From: Azolla caroliniana | Taxonomy: Eukaryota > Plantae > Polypodiophyta | Reading direction: 5' to 3' | Length of the DNA stretch: 64,000 nt | Assembly (NCBI GenBank): GCA_043228905.1 | Contig: JBHGNT010000001.1 | Span: 28,024,001 to 28,088,000, forward strand | Part shown: one piece after another, positions 36,602 through 50,691 of the stretch | How the letters are laid out: every line of letters starts with the position of its first letter | Numbering within the stretch: the stretch's first letter is position 1 | Position numbers and translations under genes: made by a program | The notes under the pieces: model-generated | What the model saw: the letters and a program-made list of their open reading frames with translations, nothing else | What the model was told of the DNA's origin: nothing | Databases searched by the model: none

Positions 36602-37620
36602 TTTCTTTTTTTTCTTTTTTTTTTTAAGGCAAGATTCACCGTGGTATTAATGAAAAGATGCCCAAAGGCTATGTATCCATACAATCTATTACAACCCTCC
36701 TACCCACATGAATCGACATGTCCAGTAGCGGAAACCGTCATGCCTGGTCTTTTCAAGACAGGGGGCAGAAAAAGCCATCTTGGTGGAGCATATCTCCATT
36801 TTATTTTGTCCCCAAAATAGGTGAAGACCTTTGCCTTTTTCCAAATTTCTCAAAATTGTTGTTGCTTGTGAAACACAACATCAGGCTCACCATGTATTGC
36901 CTCATATTGACCTCTTAGAGTATGCAGGCTCATCAACCATATCTCCTTGACTAACTCAACCACATTCGGTTTGACATTCTAAAATACACACTTACATCTT
37001 GCCTTCCATAACATCCAAACTACTAAAGAAGATACACTAGACCAAACCTTGTCTTCTTCCAAACAATGGATTGGTGTAGTATAAGAGGCATCCAACACAT
37101 GTCTTCCAGAGAGGAGAAGAAAATCAACATAGTCCCTTTCATAATTCTATATTTCTTCAGCCAACCTTCCCCCTCTCAGAAAACCCCATGTGTACACCTG
37201 TTTACCATAAATAGGATACAAAACTCTCAACACTCTTAGGTACCTATAATTTCAAGAACCATAAAACGTGGAAAAACAAGATGTTGGAAATTTATGGTTC
37301 AAATCATGAACATAATTTTCTTGCTATGGGACATGGTCTTGATGCGGAAAACAATTATACCTCTGAATCCACAAATAGAGACTGATAGACTTGAAACGTG
37401 GCAATTGGTGAGTAGAATTACAATTTGGTATATTTGGAAGGTCAATTGTTTGAAAGGTATTCCAAAGTGTAACTGAAAGACCTACCAAATAAATTATGGG
37501 ATTTACACAAAGATTGCGTATAATCTCAAAGGTTCTTTGGATAACATAAGAGGTGATACACAACTGATTGTTTTACAACAATTGGAATTTAGCAAAAGCC
37601 TAGACTCGTTATTACTTATA
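36602..37620. mobile_element. LINE-like remnants
   Basis: Poly-T tract 36602-36625 (poly-A tail on minus) and a plus-strand fragment WQLVSRITIWYIWK resembling the L1 ORF2 C-terminal W-x-I-W motif. Confidence 0.4.
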
Positions 37621-40600
37621 GATAGGCACAAAGGCCTAATGTAAATACTTTAATGGAGCTTCCCGATCTTAATTCAAATCTTTATTTTAAAATGGCTTTG
37701 TCTCACACACTTCCTTTAGAGCGTGTATCTCCTATCAATAGCCTTAAAGCATAGAAACAAATTTTATGCAGATGTATGCATGTGTGTGTAACACTTCATT
37801 TCGTTTTTTTAAAAGTACAAGACAATAACACATAACAATGTATTGAGGATCTCAAGCCCAATGTGAAATCATGTTCTTTACCATTCACATATTGCACACG
37901 CATGGACACACGCATGCACACACACACCCACTCACATTTTCTTAACAATGCCTCATAATACATTTTCCCTTTACAGAATTGAGGTTCGAATGATGTCTAG
38001 AAACAATGATATATTATCTTCCTTAGGCAATGCTAAATATCGAAAATTGAAAAAAAACAGAGAATTGATATTGACATCAACTGTAGACAAAGTATGAATA
38101 CAAAATCGAGCCTATGTGTTGGGAAACACAATGTTGCATTAGCTGAGATCCCAAAGAGTTCGTGCTATTGATGTAATGTTGTTGTCTATGAGAAAGTTGT
38201 TAGGACGAATATAATAGTAAGGTAGTTCTACAAGTTGTTTGTGAGTTTTACGTATTGTTTGTCAAAGTGGGTGGCATGAGTTTTGAAGTGACCGCATCAT
38301 AACCAAGCGTACTTCCTCGAGTATTTCAATACTTTAGGTTTAGTCTAGAAAAAAGCTCTCGCACTTTAAGTTTTCCTGACTCTCTTTAAAGAATGCATAC
38401 GGGCGGGGGTGATATCTTCTTTATTTATTAAATGGATGGGGAAGGCCCATAGTCATTTTTTGTTTCCTCGTAACTTTTTATAATTTGGGCATAGATTTTA
38501 GGGGCGGAAATATAAAACAATACCCATCTTCGAAAATATTTAGCTTCGAAGTATAGGGGAAAAAATGATCACAAAGGAACTTATTGAGGCCTTAGAAAGG
38601 AATTATATTGAATCCGATCCTTCAATATAGATATCTCATGATATCTTGCATCAAAACAAAACTCTAAATATTTTTTTAACTAATGGAGTATATTCTTTTT
38701 TGGAAAAAAAAACTCTAAATATTTTATTTTCGTGGGTCATATGGACTTTAGAGAGAGATAGCAACGACTATCAACTCAAAAAATGTATAATTGGAACTAA
38801 CTCTTTTTTTGTCGGGTGCATGATGTAGTTTAGAAAAAAGATGTCAGTAATTATTGATATTACCCCTACTATGAAATGTATTACTGATATTCATGCACGT
38901 GTATAATTTCTACACGGGTACATTTATTTCAATTAAAGATGAAATTGCCTATTTATAGAGAAATTAGGGATCTTAAATTGAAATATTCTCGTAAAAGCAC
39001 CATCAAGAGTCAAGACCAACCATGCTGCTCTCAATTATAGAACATCCAAATCTTGTTGATATATCAACACCAAGATTGTGCTATCAATAACAGCTATTTA
39101 TGTAATTGAGTAGGCATACATGAATCGACAAGGAAAACTCTATTAGGTGTGATTTGTTCACGTTTGTCATTGGGGCCCAGACTCTTACGACATTTTCTCT
39201 CTTGAAAAGTATATAGATCTAGAAAAAAGGTAATTATAACACATACACATCATATGATCCATATACCCTACAACATCATACCATTAACTTGATGTGTATT
39301 CTTGCATTATGGTTTCTCCTCTAAAAGAGTGTGTGAAGAAGCAACATTCTTGTAGTATCCTCATTTATAGTTTGCAAAATTAATGATGTCTATATATTTT
39401 CTTATAGGTATGAATTTTAAATTTTACGATGGGGAGGCAATGAATCTCAACCTCTTTGAATGATAGGACTAGTAGCCAATGTTACCAAAGCTCATGTTAC
39501 TATCATATTCAATCTACTATTAAATTTGAGTGGTGGCTATGCCAACCAAACTACATGATATGTAAAAGACATGATGTTGCATCAACATCAACATGGATCT
39601 ACGTTTCATTGGACACAAATCATAGTTTTTCTTGTACTAAAACTTTATATTTTCTAGAGGAACGAAAAACTTACACATATTTGATTGGTTTTAGTATGAT
39701 TAACATCAAAGGTCACATAAAATTAAAATGTCTATCATTTTCCAATTGTTAAGGATGTGAAACTAAATACATCATAATGAGTCTAAGGGAAACATTTAAA
39801 AGCTTGCTAACATTTGGGAAATTTGGATATTCATAAGTTTTCTCTTGCTAAAACATAAAGCCAATGCCCATTTAACATGTTAATTTCCACTATGCTAGAA
39901 AGTTACTAGGTTTCCGACATAGGAATTTCTTGTTTTCTAAACTTCAAGAAAGTACATTCCACAGTGGTCAATTATCAAGCCCTACATTTGATGTCCAGAT
40001 TGATTTGCCAAAAAAGGTTGTTGACATCAATTCATTGCTTTTCTTAACATAGAGACATCAATATACATAAATGTGAGGGCATGCAATGGTAGATAAACCA
40101 TGCTTTTATATGTGAAATTTTGGACCATTTCTAAGCACCATGGACTAAAACATGTGCTAAGTTGCATGTTTCATCCACATTTATACTTGAATGTATTTTG
40201 TTTGAAGATATGAATTCCAAATAAAATCGATCCTATTCATTGAGCTTGATAACACATGTTTTGTACATATATGTACACATCAAATTTATTATTAAACTTG
40301 TCAAAGAAAAAATGGTGATATTCTCCACCAAGGTGACTTTTTCCGCCCCCTATTATGGAAGATCCGGATTTTAGATGTGTAAACACAGTTTCTAAGGTAG
40401 CTGCATGAGGGCTTTTGCTATTCAACGTGTTGGTTGATGTTGGTCTGTGTTTTTATGTATGAGTTCTTTGTAGCCTTTCGGCATCTTTCCATTGATACCA
40501 AGATGAATATTAATCAATAAATAATGGTGATATTCTTGTTTGGCATTAAACATTAACCCATTAATAGGTCATAATACATGTCCCCTATGTACATGTGTAA

Positions 40601-42356
40601 TGTTGGTCGGATGAATTGATTAAAATTGTTCAAATCTCTTGTTACTTCTTATATGCACTATTTTTAAGAATGATGCAAGTAACAAAACGTTTTTTCAAGA
40701 AGGGAAATCCAATGATGTTTCCTAGAAATGTTTTGAAGGATAAAGCGATGTTTGAGGCCAATGTCATCTACAGTGACAGGAAATGTGTTCCCACATCTAA
40801 TGTGCAAGGTATACCGCATACTACAAATTTTTTAGTAGAGGGGGATTTTAATATGTAGTTGAATACGCCTTTCAACCATGTTGCACAAATGTTTCTAAAC
40901 GACACAAGCAGGAATTTTAGGGGTACTTTTTTCATGTGATTTATGAACTTGCATTCGTTGGATGGATTTCAAAGTCAAAGACCTTATTGGCCGCATATAG
41001 AAATGAATCTTTACCTCTTTTTTTGTACGGGCCATATGAGTGACGATAAGCATTCAATACCTATTCCATTTGACCCTCTTGATGAATCTACCAATTCAAG
41101 GCCATGTTTGTTAGCCATGGTTTTACGGACAGTTGATTAGATCTTAGGTGGTTTGACATGTCAGTTCATTTATGTAGTTAAGTAAATACTCTAAGCAATT
41201 TGAAGGTATGCCTTTCCCATTTGTTGGTGATGAAGGATTAGTCACGATGTCGTGTTCTTGTGATGAAGGATTAGCAGGAGAGAGGAGGCAAAAGATCAAG
41301 AAATAAAATTTTGAACTACTCCCTTCGTATTTAGTTTGAAGGTTCAATGAATGTTCAAAATCAGCGGTACCAACTTTATCACCTTTGGAGAATTAAATAA
41401 GGAAATTACAACACCACTAAAACTTAAGGAGAATAGAGCATTATACCTTTTAACTATTGTGACGAGATGAATCACTTTGTACAAAACGATTTCCACCTAC
41501 CTTTTAATGCTCGAAAGGCATCTCCAAGGTACACTATTTTGAAATCATTAACAAGAAATTCAAAACTAAAGCAAAATGGTTATTAGAAATCTCTCACATG
41601 ATAAAAATGTTTTGAATGTACTACATGCATATTTGAAGAAGACGAAAACAAAACTAGAAAGTCCTGATACCATTGGAAAATATTGATAAAGCACTATGGA
41701 TTAACTTGCAAAAGATGCTCATGTCTCAACTGTATGACTCGTACTTGAGCAGAGATATATTTCATAAACCTTCAACTTGATATGCATGAGGTTAAGATGG
41801 AATTCGATTTTAATGTTTCAAAAAATGGGCCTCCTAATCCAAGGATATATTGAAAGAAAGGTATGAATTGGTGTGAAGGATCTATAGGTGGTAGCCATAA
41901 TTCACTAGGATCCTACAAAACTCAATCAAGTTGTCCATGCCATAACAAAAGTTTGTTGTAGAGAAAACCACAATATCTGAAAATCAATTGTAAAAGAGAA
42001 ATGGATACGAAGAGTTTGACTAATTGAGGGTAGGGTGCGGAAAGTCAAGTCTTGCGATACTTCTCAAACCAGCCCTTTGTGGTGCCTGATGGAATAAATA
42101 CACACCATTTTCCCTTTCATACAAACTCTCACTCATTTCCACGAATACGAAGGAAGGTCATATACAAAATGGAATAGATGGGTCTTGAATTCAAGGAAAT
42201 GGCAAATTTGCAATTTTGACAAAAGATGGGGATGATAGTGGAAGTGAACATCCCCACCATCTCAAAGGTTGTGGTCCGTGGATAAGAAAAATTATCATTC
42301 GGATGAGCCACAAACTCTATTATATGTATATGTATATGCATATGACATAGATACAC

Positions 42357-42388
<32 letters not shown>

Positions 42389-44728
42389 CAAGCCAACACA
42401 ACCTAAAACTTATACAAATATTGAAGGTATTGGATATCATATTGATATATATACATCTTGCAAAGTATTGTTGTTTACTTGTACAAAGGAACCAACATCA
42501 AAAGAATCCCCATCAATAATGTGGCAACTCTTCCTATTGGTGACCTTGGGAGTCCCAAATGTTAGCCTTCCAATTAAGTGGTTGTGAATAGACCTCAAGA
42601 TTGGAGAATGTTTGACAAACCAGAAATGACATACATACTTCGTAGAAACAACTCATAAAAGGTGAAATAGAAGAGAAAGAGGTGTGATATATGTGAAACT
42701 TCATATCAAAAAAGGTGATCAATGTCCCTTGTGGTGAGAACTCCAATTTAAACGAGCCACATAGCAACCAATCCATTTGACTAATAATCAACTTAGATAA
42801 TGAGGATTGACTTTGCATTTACTGATCAATAATGGCCAAACTCTATGATGTGGCAAGAATATTGTATTCTCATACTCTCTCGTGTGTATATTCCATGCGA
42901 AGATGTGAGAAACATGCAAAGAACTAAAAAGGAGTAAGGTGTTACTCCTTGGTATCCAAAAGCTACACTCAAGGCACAAATCCTTGCATCTTACAGATAA
43001 ATATCTTGACATATGATTGCATTAAACCTTGTATGAATAAAAGACTAATGGAACGATACATCAATTATTTTGCATCCTAGTGTCATTAGTATACTCACAT
43101 TGAATCTTTAAAAATATATATAGGTATTTGAAACCTTAGTTTAATTTTACTTAGACTTTAGGAGTGTACGGATACATATATGATAAAACAAACCCAAGTT
43201 GTGCTTGAACCTTAGGAGTATATACTTATGATGAAGAGTCAAGAGATGGACACACAAAGACCAATGATTAATGATGGACGCCTAATGATTAGTTTGTATA
43301 GAAATTGGGCTTTTTTCCAACATGTCTCCAATGAAACAACTTTTGTTCAAGACTCACAACGTAAACATGTCATTTGAATAATAAAAAAGAAAGGGTTAAG
43401 TGAGTTGTTTCTAGTTTTGAGTGTAGATTTATATATAAATAAGGAGAAGAAGATGCGGCAAGTTGGACACTACAAAGTCATCGTAGAGTCAATGACTCAC
43501 AAATGAGGGAGGAAGAGGAAAAACGGGAAATGACTTTTAATTCTTAAGGTAAAAATATAAAAGTTAATCATAATAAAAGCAACTTGGGAAATAATAAAAG
43601 TGATCTATAAGAATTAAATTCCAAAATTACTAGAAGTCATTGATGAGTTGAAACATATGAGTTTGCAATACTAGAAGGGCGTTGAAAAAGTTACCATTGG
43701 GAATACAATTATCATGCTTTTGTTGTGGCGCGTTTTGAAAAACACTTAAGATGCCCAAAAGCTTGTGCGCAATCAAAAACTTTTACATGCATACTAACTT
43801 AAGAGTGTCAATAGCTCTAAAACAAATGTGATGCGTGTGAAGGATAACTATGCATTGCGTACAATAGCATGCCACTTGACATAGTAGAAAGCTTTAAATA
43901 AATACATCGTGCTTGAGGTTCTCTCTGAGGATGTGTAATGTGTTTGAGAACAACGACAATGGCTGAGAAGTAAAAAAATGTTGAGTTCCCAAGAGAATGT
44001 CTGTTTTGACTATTTCGTGACACTAGTGCGTCTGTATGGGTTTAAAATAATGGGGTGATAGCATTCCTAAGTCACTTCGAAGAGTTAGAAAATGTACCCA
44101 AAACACCTTCTTATGAAGTTTTTTTAGCCCGAAATACAAATGCGCAAGACACTGTTGACTCTTAATGTCTGATCACTTGGCACATGCTTTCACACATTAT
44201 TAAATTCTGCATGTTGCACATACTACACGAAAAATGTTTGACTTTTGGTCCCATTGGTCATATCTAGATGCTCTCTTGCTATACTTATTGGATTAATGAT
44301 TACTTTGTAGGATCTAAAATTGAGAACACCGAAGTTCGATCCTTGCCATGGGATTAATCTTATCCCATTCATTGCAATCGATTTGTGGACCTCAAAAAGA
44401 TATATAGAGGGTGGTAAAACACCATCTCTTTTCTTGTGGACCTCAATAAGATATATGGTGGATGGTGAAACACCATATCTTTTTAATGTTGTGCTTTCTT
44501 TGTTTCTTGGTAAAAATAATCATAAAATGACCTATTCAAAATTTCACATTGACAAAATTATTCAATATTACTTACCACTCAATTAAGCTAATATGGTGTT
44601 GATTAGCTTTGTGAAAAGATAGAAAGGCCGACAAATTGCTTAGTGGAAGTTTTCGACGTTTGGATGGGATGTTCTAGTAATTACCATTATGACTGCAGTC
44701 ATAAACTGATACATTTTGGTGGACCGGG

Positions 44729-44772
44729 AACCCTAAACCCTAACCTATTATATATAAACCCTAAACCCTAAA
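44729..44772 (+). repeat. Two short interstitial telomere-type (CCCTAAA) runs
   Basis: AACCCTAAACCCTAA and AAACCCTAAACCCTAAA around a TATATATA. Confidence 0.6.
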
Positions 44773-45350
44773 ATCGAGGTTTCACGTGTTTTTTTTAGTG
44801 GTCCGATCTGTAGAAGGGATCCAATAGGTATTTATGTGCTTTCATAATAATGTCTTTCCCAAGTTATGGTCATGATAATGTTTGGTTTGGAAAAATAAAA
44901 AACTCAGTGCAATTTTTGTTTTTTGTTTCATTAATGTTCAAAGGTTAAGAATGGTGATTATAATATTTATAGATACAACACTTTGAAGAAATATATTCTG
45001 AAGAAAACCTAAATAAAAAGATTGGAAAGGGTTTAGTAAGACTTTATGTATTTTAATTCTGTTCATTAATGTTACAAAGTATAGTTAGAGTCTAGAGATA
45101 ATGATCTCATACAACAAACACCCAGCAACTTATTTTGTACTCCAAATCATACTCTTCCATCAAAATATTATTATTATTTTCTCTCTCAATCAAGATAAGA
45201 CTAAACTTTTTAACTGGAAAATAAATAAAAAGCACACTGTATTTTTAAATTTATGGCACATTGTTTCTTTTATTTTGGCTTTCTTCTTCTTCTTTCTCTG
45301 TCAGAGTAAAGCAGAAAATATTCAGTTGTTTTTTTAGTTGCTTTACCTTA

Positions 45351-45355
<5 letters not shown>

Positions 45356-45390
<35 letters not shown>

Positions 45391-45405
45391 CTCTCTCTCT
45401 CTCTC
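45356..45405. repeat. (CA)n(CT)n compound microsatellite upstream of the EDR4-like gene
   Basis: Directly visible. Confidence 0.9.
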
Positions 45406-46303
45406 AATGCTCTATTTTTTTCTCCATTTCTTTCCTGTTTTTTTTTTTTTTCTAATTTTCCAAAAAATTTTCTTTCCTGTTTTTCTTTACTCATCATGCT
45501 TGTTTTTTCCATTTAAAAAAAAATTCGGTTTTCCTCATACATATATTAACTGATTTTATCCATTAAACAGCATAATTTGTTTTTAGAAAAAAAATGGAAC
45601 CAGCATTTTCTTCAAACATCTTCTCTGCCCACAGCCATGGAAAATGATAAAATTAAATAAAAATAATTTTTTTTTGCCTTTCGTTCCTTTTCCTTTTCTT
45701 TTCTCTTTTGTACTTCATGTTTATTCTTCTAATACTATAATCTATCTCACTCATTTCTTCTCCATATGCGCTGTTTCTTTCGGTCTTGCTTTCTCTGCAT
45801 ATACGAGAGGTAATTAATAATGCATTTTAGCGTGATTTACATAATGTTGTTATTGCCCACTTTCTCTGCTTTCTTCATCTCCTTTTTCTTTGATTCTCTA
45901 CATTAATTCATCTTCTGCTTCTCCTTCCCCCCCAAAAAATGTAATCTAAAATATCTACTGATTATTATGCTCATTTTCTTCTTCTTCTCATTTTCATTTG
46001 CATATATATGAAAATTAGTTACATGAAATCTAGCTAATTGATGTGTGTTAATGCTTTAATATATGTGCTCTCTTTTTCTCTGCATACGGTTATTATTATT
46101 ATTAGTATTACTGTTATTTATTTTTGCATATACAAATTGTGATGGAATTTTACATTGTTAATAACCCTTCCCCCTTCTGTCTCTGCATAATGCTCTTTCG
46201 TTTACTATTGTTTTTTTCGCACAAATCAAAGCTAATAACCTACATGATTAAAACTCTGTTCCCCCTTGTTTTGCTTCAGGTGATATATAGATAAGGGTGC
46301 AAT

Positions 46304-49300
46304 ATGATGCCCACCACAGTGGATCAGCAGAGCCACATTATGCCCATGCCATCTGAGAAGGGCCATGGTATGCCCATGGCATCTGACCAGAGGAGGAGGA
46401 GGAAGATCCGATGCCCGAAATGCACTGCGCTGCTCTCGGAACCATCATTCCCTGTGTTTGAATGCCCCATTTGTTCTACACTCCTTCTAGGTAAGAACAC
46501 GAAGGTTCATACATACATACATACATACATACATACACTATATATTATGAAATAAAGAAAACACTCTTCTTCTTCTTCATATCTTTTCTATTTATTGTTG
46601 CTTCCAGTTTATTTTCTGTAAAATCCTGCTCTAATAATTGCGATATGGAGTTGTTGTATACTATTTGATGGAAGAATATGTTTCTATTCTCTGAATGTCC
46701 TATTTTTTAAATTCTCCTTCATGTAACATCTCGCTCTAAAAAAGGGTTTCTAATATAATGAACTTGTTTCTTGTTCCAACTCTTAAATAGGGTTTCAAGC
46801 TTTAAACACCTTATTTCCTGTTGTAAATCTTGGTCAAAGAAAGGGTGTTTAGCTGTAAGGAGCTTATCTATTCTTGTAAATCTAGCTCTATAAAAAGAAT
46901 TTCTAATTTAGTTTTTCTCTCTTTCAAATCAAGTTCTTAATGTATAATAAAATCTAGCACTAAAAATGGGTTTTGATTGGGAGAACTAGGAAATCTAGCT
47001 CTAAAGGGATTTCTGAACTTGCTAAACTCAAGCTATAAGGAAGAGTTTCTAATTTATTTTTCTTTTCAACTTACAGCTTTAAGAAGTTATGCTTTTTGCT
47101 TCTTCATGAAAATCTCTAGCTTATTCTTGTAGTAAAATGTCAGAAAAAAGGGTTTCTAATTTATTGTTCTCCAAACTCCAGCTAAAGGATCACCTTCGAG
47201 TGAAGTAGCTGAAAATGGCAATTTTGCTGAGAGTAAACAAGATGGGAGCCTAAAACAGGTAAAAGAAAATATCAACATTGAGCAAAGCAAGCAAGATCAA
47301 GTTATAGAGAACGAGAGAAAGTATGAAGAACCTCAGCCCACTAATGATTCTAAGAACGAAGTTACTTTTAGCAATGGGAACGAAAGGATCCATAATGTCC
47401 TCGATGAGAGTAAGAAGAATGTCATTGTGTCAGATAAGAGATCCATGCCACTTAATGCTATACAAGCAGAACCATCCTCAGTTGAGAGGGTTTCTATAAA
47501 ACATGTAATTGATAAAATGGAAGAGAGTGTCATGGAAAATGATGAGGAAATAGGCCCTATAGTTGATAGAAAGAATGAGGAAAAATACTCTTTAGCTGTC
47601 AAAGAAAAGGAGGAAAATGACCACCATTCAGTCAATGAAAACGGGAATGGTTGGAATCTTAAATCAAAGAAATTTCAAGACATTGACCATGAACTTTCTT
47701 TTAAGTATTCGCTTGAAGGCAAGGATGATCATCTCCATTATAAAAACCAAAGAAGTCCGAAGTCAGAGTTGGCAAAAACTGATGTTTCGAGGTTACCTCT
47801 AAATACTCCTCTTCGAGTAAGGCTCGCCCGTTGCTCAGATCCTACTGAAGATGAAAGCTGCTCTTCTTCTACTTTTGACTCAGAATCACATAATGATGTG
47901 TCAGAGTCATCAGACTTTGATTTTCCGGCACCATCACCAGACCGTATGCAAGCGGTAAATTTGCCCACTCCATTTATCAAAAAGAGAGAGAACTTTTACA
48001 CCAATTCCGGTCCTCATATGTTGGAGTTTAGGGATCCTTGTGGTGCCATTGATGATGGAAATGATCAAGAAATATCACATGCTGATAATGATGTGATGAA
48101 AGCGAGGCTGAATCAAGAACTAACTAGAAGGCAGACAAATGGAGGTACAAATAAGAGTGAAAAGCAACAAGATAACTTGCAAGGAGCCATTTCTGGCATT
48201 AGGAAGCTAGAGATTAATAACGAGTTTCCTGAATCAAGTACCAATGAATCCAGCACAATAGATTCTACAGTAGTCAGAAGCTGTAATGGAACTCAAGTTA
48301 TAATTGAAAAAAATGAAAGGCTGCTTATTGATGGCAGCAGCCAGCAGATTCCTGAAACAGCTATGATTGGTAAAGGAAAGGAAATAAACACCCAAGATAT
48401 GAAGAATACAACAGACAGCAATGCAGAACTGCGAGAAACAAAAATTGGCGTTTCAATTATGGATCAAATTCAGATGCTAAAAACCCAATATGCGACACAT
48501 AACTTGCATTGCAACAGTGAGATTGAATCACAGGATCATACATCTTCACAAAATGTTCTGACAACTCTGTTTCCTGATGGTCGAAACATGCCGAATATAG
48601 AAATAACAACTAGTTCATTAACCAAGAATGATGCAAACTTTCTGATGAAGGTGTTAAGTTCCATTTCAGGTTCCAAGGAGAGACAACCATTTTTCCATAA
48701 TAATGCTGGTAGCATGCTTCAACCAAGCCCACCTCGAGAACTGAGAAATCTTCCTGAAAAATTGCAATCATTCGACAGTGAAGGAAGGCTTATATATCAG
48801 GCAGAGAAACAGGAAAATGAAAACATGGCATACTCATGGAGGAACCCAAACAGGTCGATTGCCACAGAAGACAGCTATTCACAACCTGTTTCTGCAGTTG
48901 AAAGTTGGGATTTGTATAATCATGGTTCACCAAATCATAGCGTTCATAGAGATTTATATGATCAGAGTCCAAGTGGGTTTCCTCATAACCCTTTGAGAAA
49001 TCAGGTTGCCTCATCTGTTTCAAGTCCTCAAAGGTATGACTATGCTAATCATCAACATATATCGGAAACATATGGTACTGGAGAATTAAGGGAAAATATG
49101 GCCTATCCTTATCAAGTGTCTTCTAACTCTGTTATGGTCACTATGCCAACGTCTGAACATGCATATGCACATCATGGATATCATCATCATGTTTCTATGA
49201 GTTGTGTCCATAACCAACATGCACACATGCTACCAACTCAGTCTCCACAATATAGACTTGGTGTTAGCCGCCCAACATCATTGATGATGCATCAAACAGG

Positions 49301-50691
49301 TCATGCTGAGTGCTTGAATTACTATAATCAAGGCCATGACCAAACGAGTTTTCCCTCCAAACATCCTCAAAGTTATGATGCATTGAATGTTGAAGAACTT
49401 AATTCCCCATCTTCGTCATCGGGAAGAATGTATAAGCATTATCCTCCGTTACCTAAAGATGGTGCACCGCCTTATATTATATGCAAAGCTTGCAATTCGA
49501 TACTTGAGGTGCCGCCTTATCTTCCTCTGAAGGGTGTCACAATTCAAAAATTACGATGTGGAGGATGTGACAAAGTTTCTAAGTTCTCTACAGATTATGA
49601 GAACAAGAGACCACTTTTGTATGGGGTTACGAGTACTCAACCTTTGATTGATTCTAGCCAACAAAGTAGACAACAACCAGTTTTAAATGGATCCCATTGC
49701 ATGGATTCCTTAGACGAGGAATTGGTCAATTTAAGCCATGATCAAGATTTTCGCAAAAGGCTGTCTGAAACTATCTCCAATGTTATAAGTTTAGTTGAGG
49801 AACCACAAGGTGGGGTAACATCAACAAGCCACACAACGTATTGTGACACCGATACTTCTCTTAGCTACGGTAAAGTAGGAATTATTTTTATCTTGGGGCT
49901 AAACATCAAATACTCCGACCGACTTTTTGGATACTTACCAAAACACACCTAGGTTTTTCGAAAAATTAATGGAACACCCCTGTGACTTCACTAGTAACTA
50001 CAAAGAGGTATTCTACTAAAAATTTGAAAACCTAGGGATATTCTGGTAGATATCCAAAAAGTTTGTTCTGGTATTTTAGTGTCTTTTCGTGCTCTATTGA
50101 CTATGGTTTCATCTTTTAATGGTTCGAAAAAAGTTGTGAGTAAAAATCTGAAGCACCAAAGATAAGTGGGTTTTTGATTTCACTAAAAGATAGTGAAATT
50201 TTCTGTTCTTTCAAATAGGACCCAAGACTTGTCATGGTATACCTACTGTTGATGAAAAGGAAGAAGGGCTTGATTTTGGAGCACCCCGAATCTCTGATGG
50301 TGACTCACTCGAGAGTAGAACGAGGTCACCCGAGAACCAAGGTAACCTTGGAGATGGCGAGCTTCTTAAAAGTGATGAAAATTCGGCAAATACCGAGGTT
50401 CAAAACTGTGCACAACATGTTATTACAACGACTCAAGGGAAAAAAGAAGGATCACCCCTACTTGTACTTCTTAACCAAGGGTCCAAGAAATTTAATATCG
50501 ATCTAGGGTCAATGCCATACGAAGAAACCAAGACTTCTTTAGTAGCTTCTATGACATATGATCAATCCACACACTGGAGGCATCGTGAGATGGAAGCCCG
50601 AGCTCGTAGTCACACCTCGTTGAGTCGAGGCCCAAAGTATATTGCAGGTTTATTAAGGAAGAGCTTGCGAGATATTGGTAAAGGGCAATGA
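46304..50691 (+). CDS. EDR4-like (enhanced disease resistance 4 / DUF3133 family) double zinc-ribbon protein, about 1115 aa. Exons 46304-46490, 47182-49869, 50219-50691; probable 5' UTR intron 45810-46279
   Basis: N-terminal RCPKC-x12-FECPIC; internal GAPPYIICKAC...KLRCGGC; C-terminal GSPL and AGLLRKSLRD motifs; GT-AG introns in compatible phase. Confidence 0.85.
49895..50088. mobile_element. Foldback MITE-like inverted repeat in intron 2 of the EDR4-like gene
   Basis: CTTTTTGGATACTTACCAAAACACACCTAGGTTTT (from 49923) pairs with AAAACCTAGGGATATTCTGGTAGATATCCAAAAAG (to 50061); pairing extends both ways. Confidence 0.7.

Noticed and set aside
37700-43700. Short ORFs in AT-rich intergenic DNA
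   Set aside because: No recognisable domains or coherent splice structure; probably decayed TE debris.
43798-44166. Possible Harbinger-type TIR pair (TAAGAGTGTCAATAG / CTGTTGACTCTTAA)
   Set aside because: The match is short and gapped; cannot be distinguished from chance.
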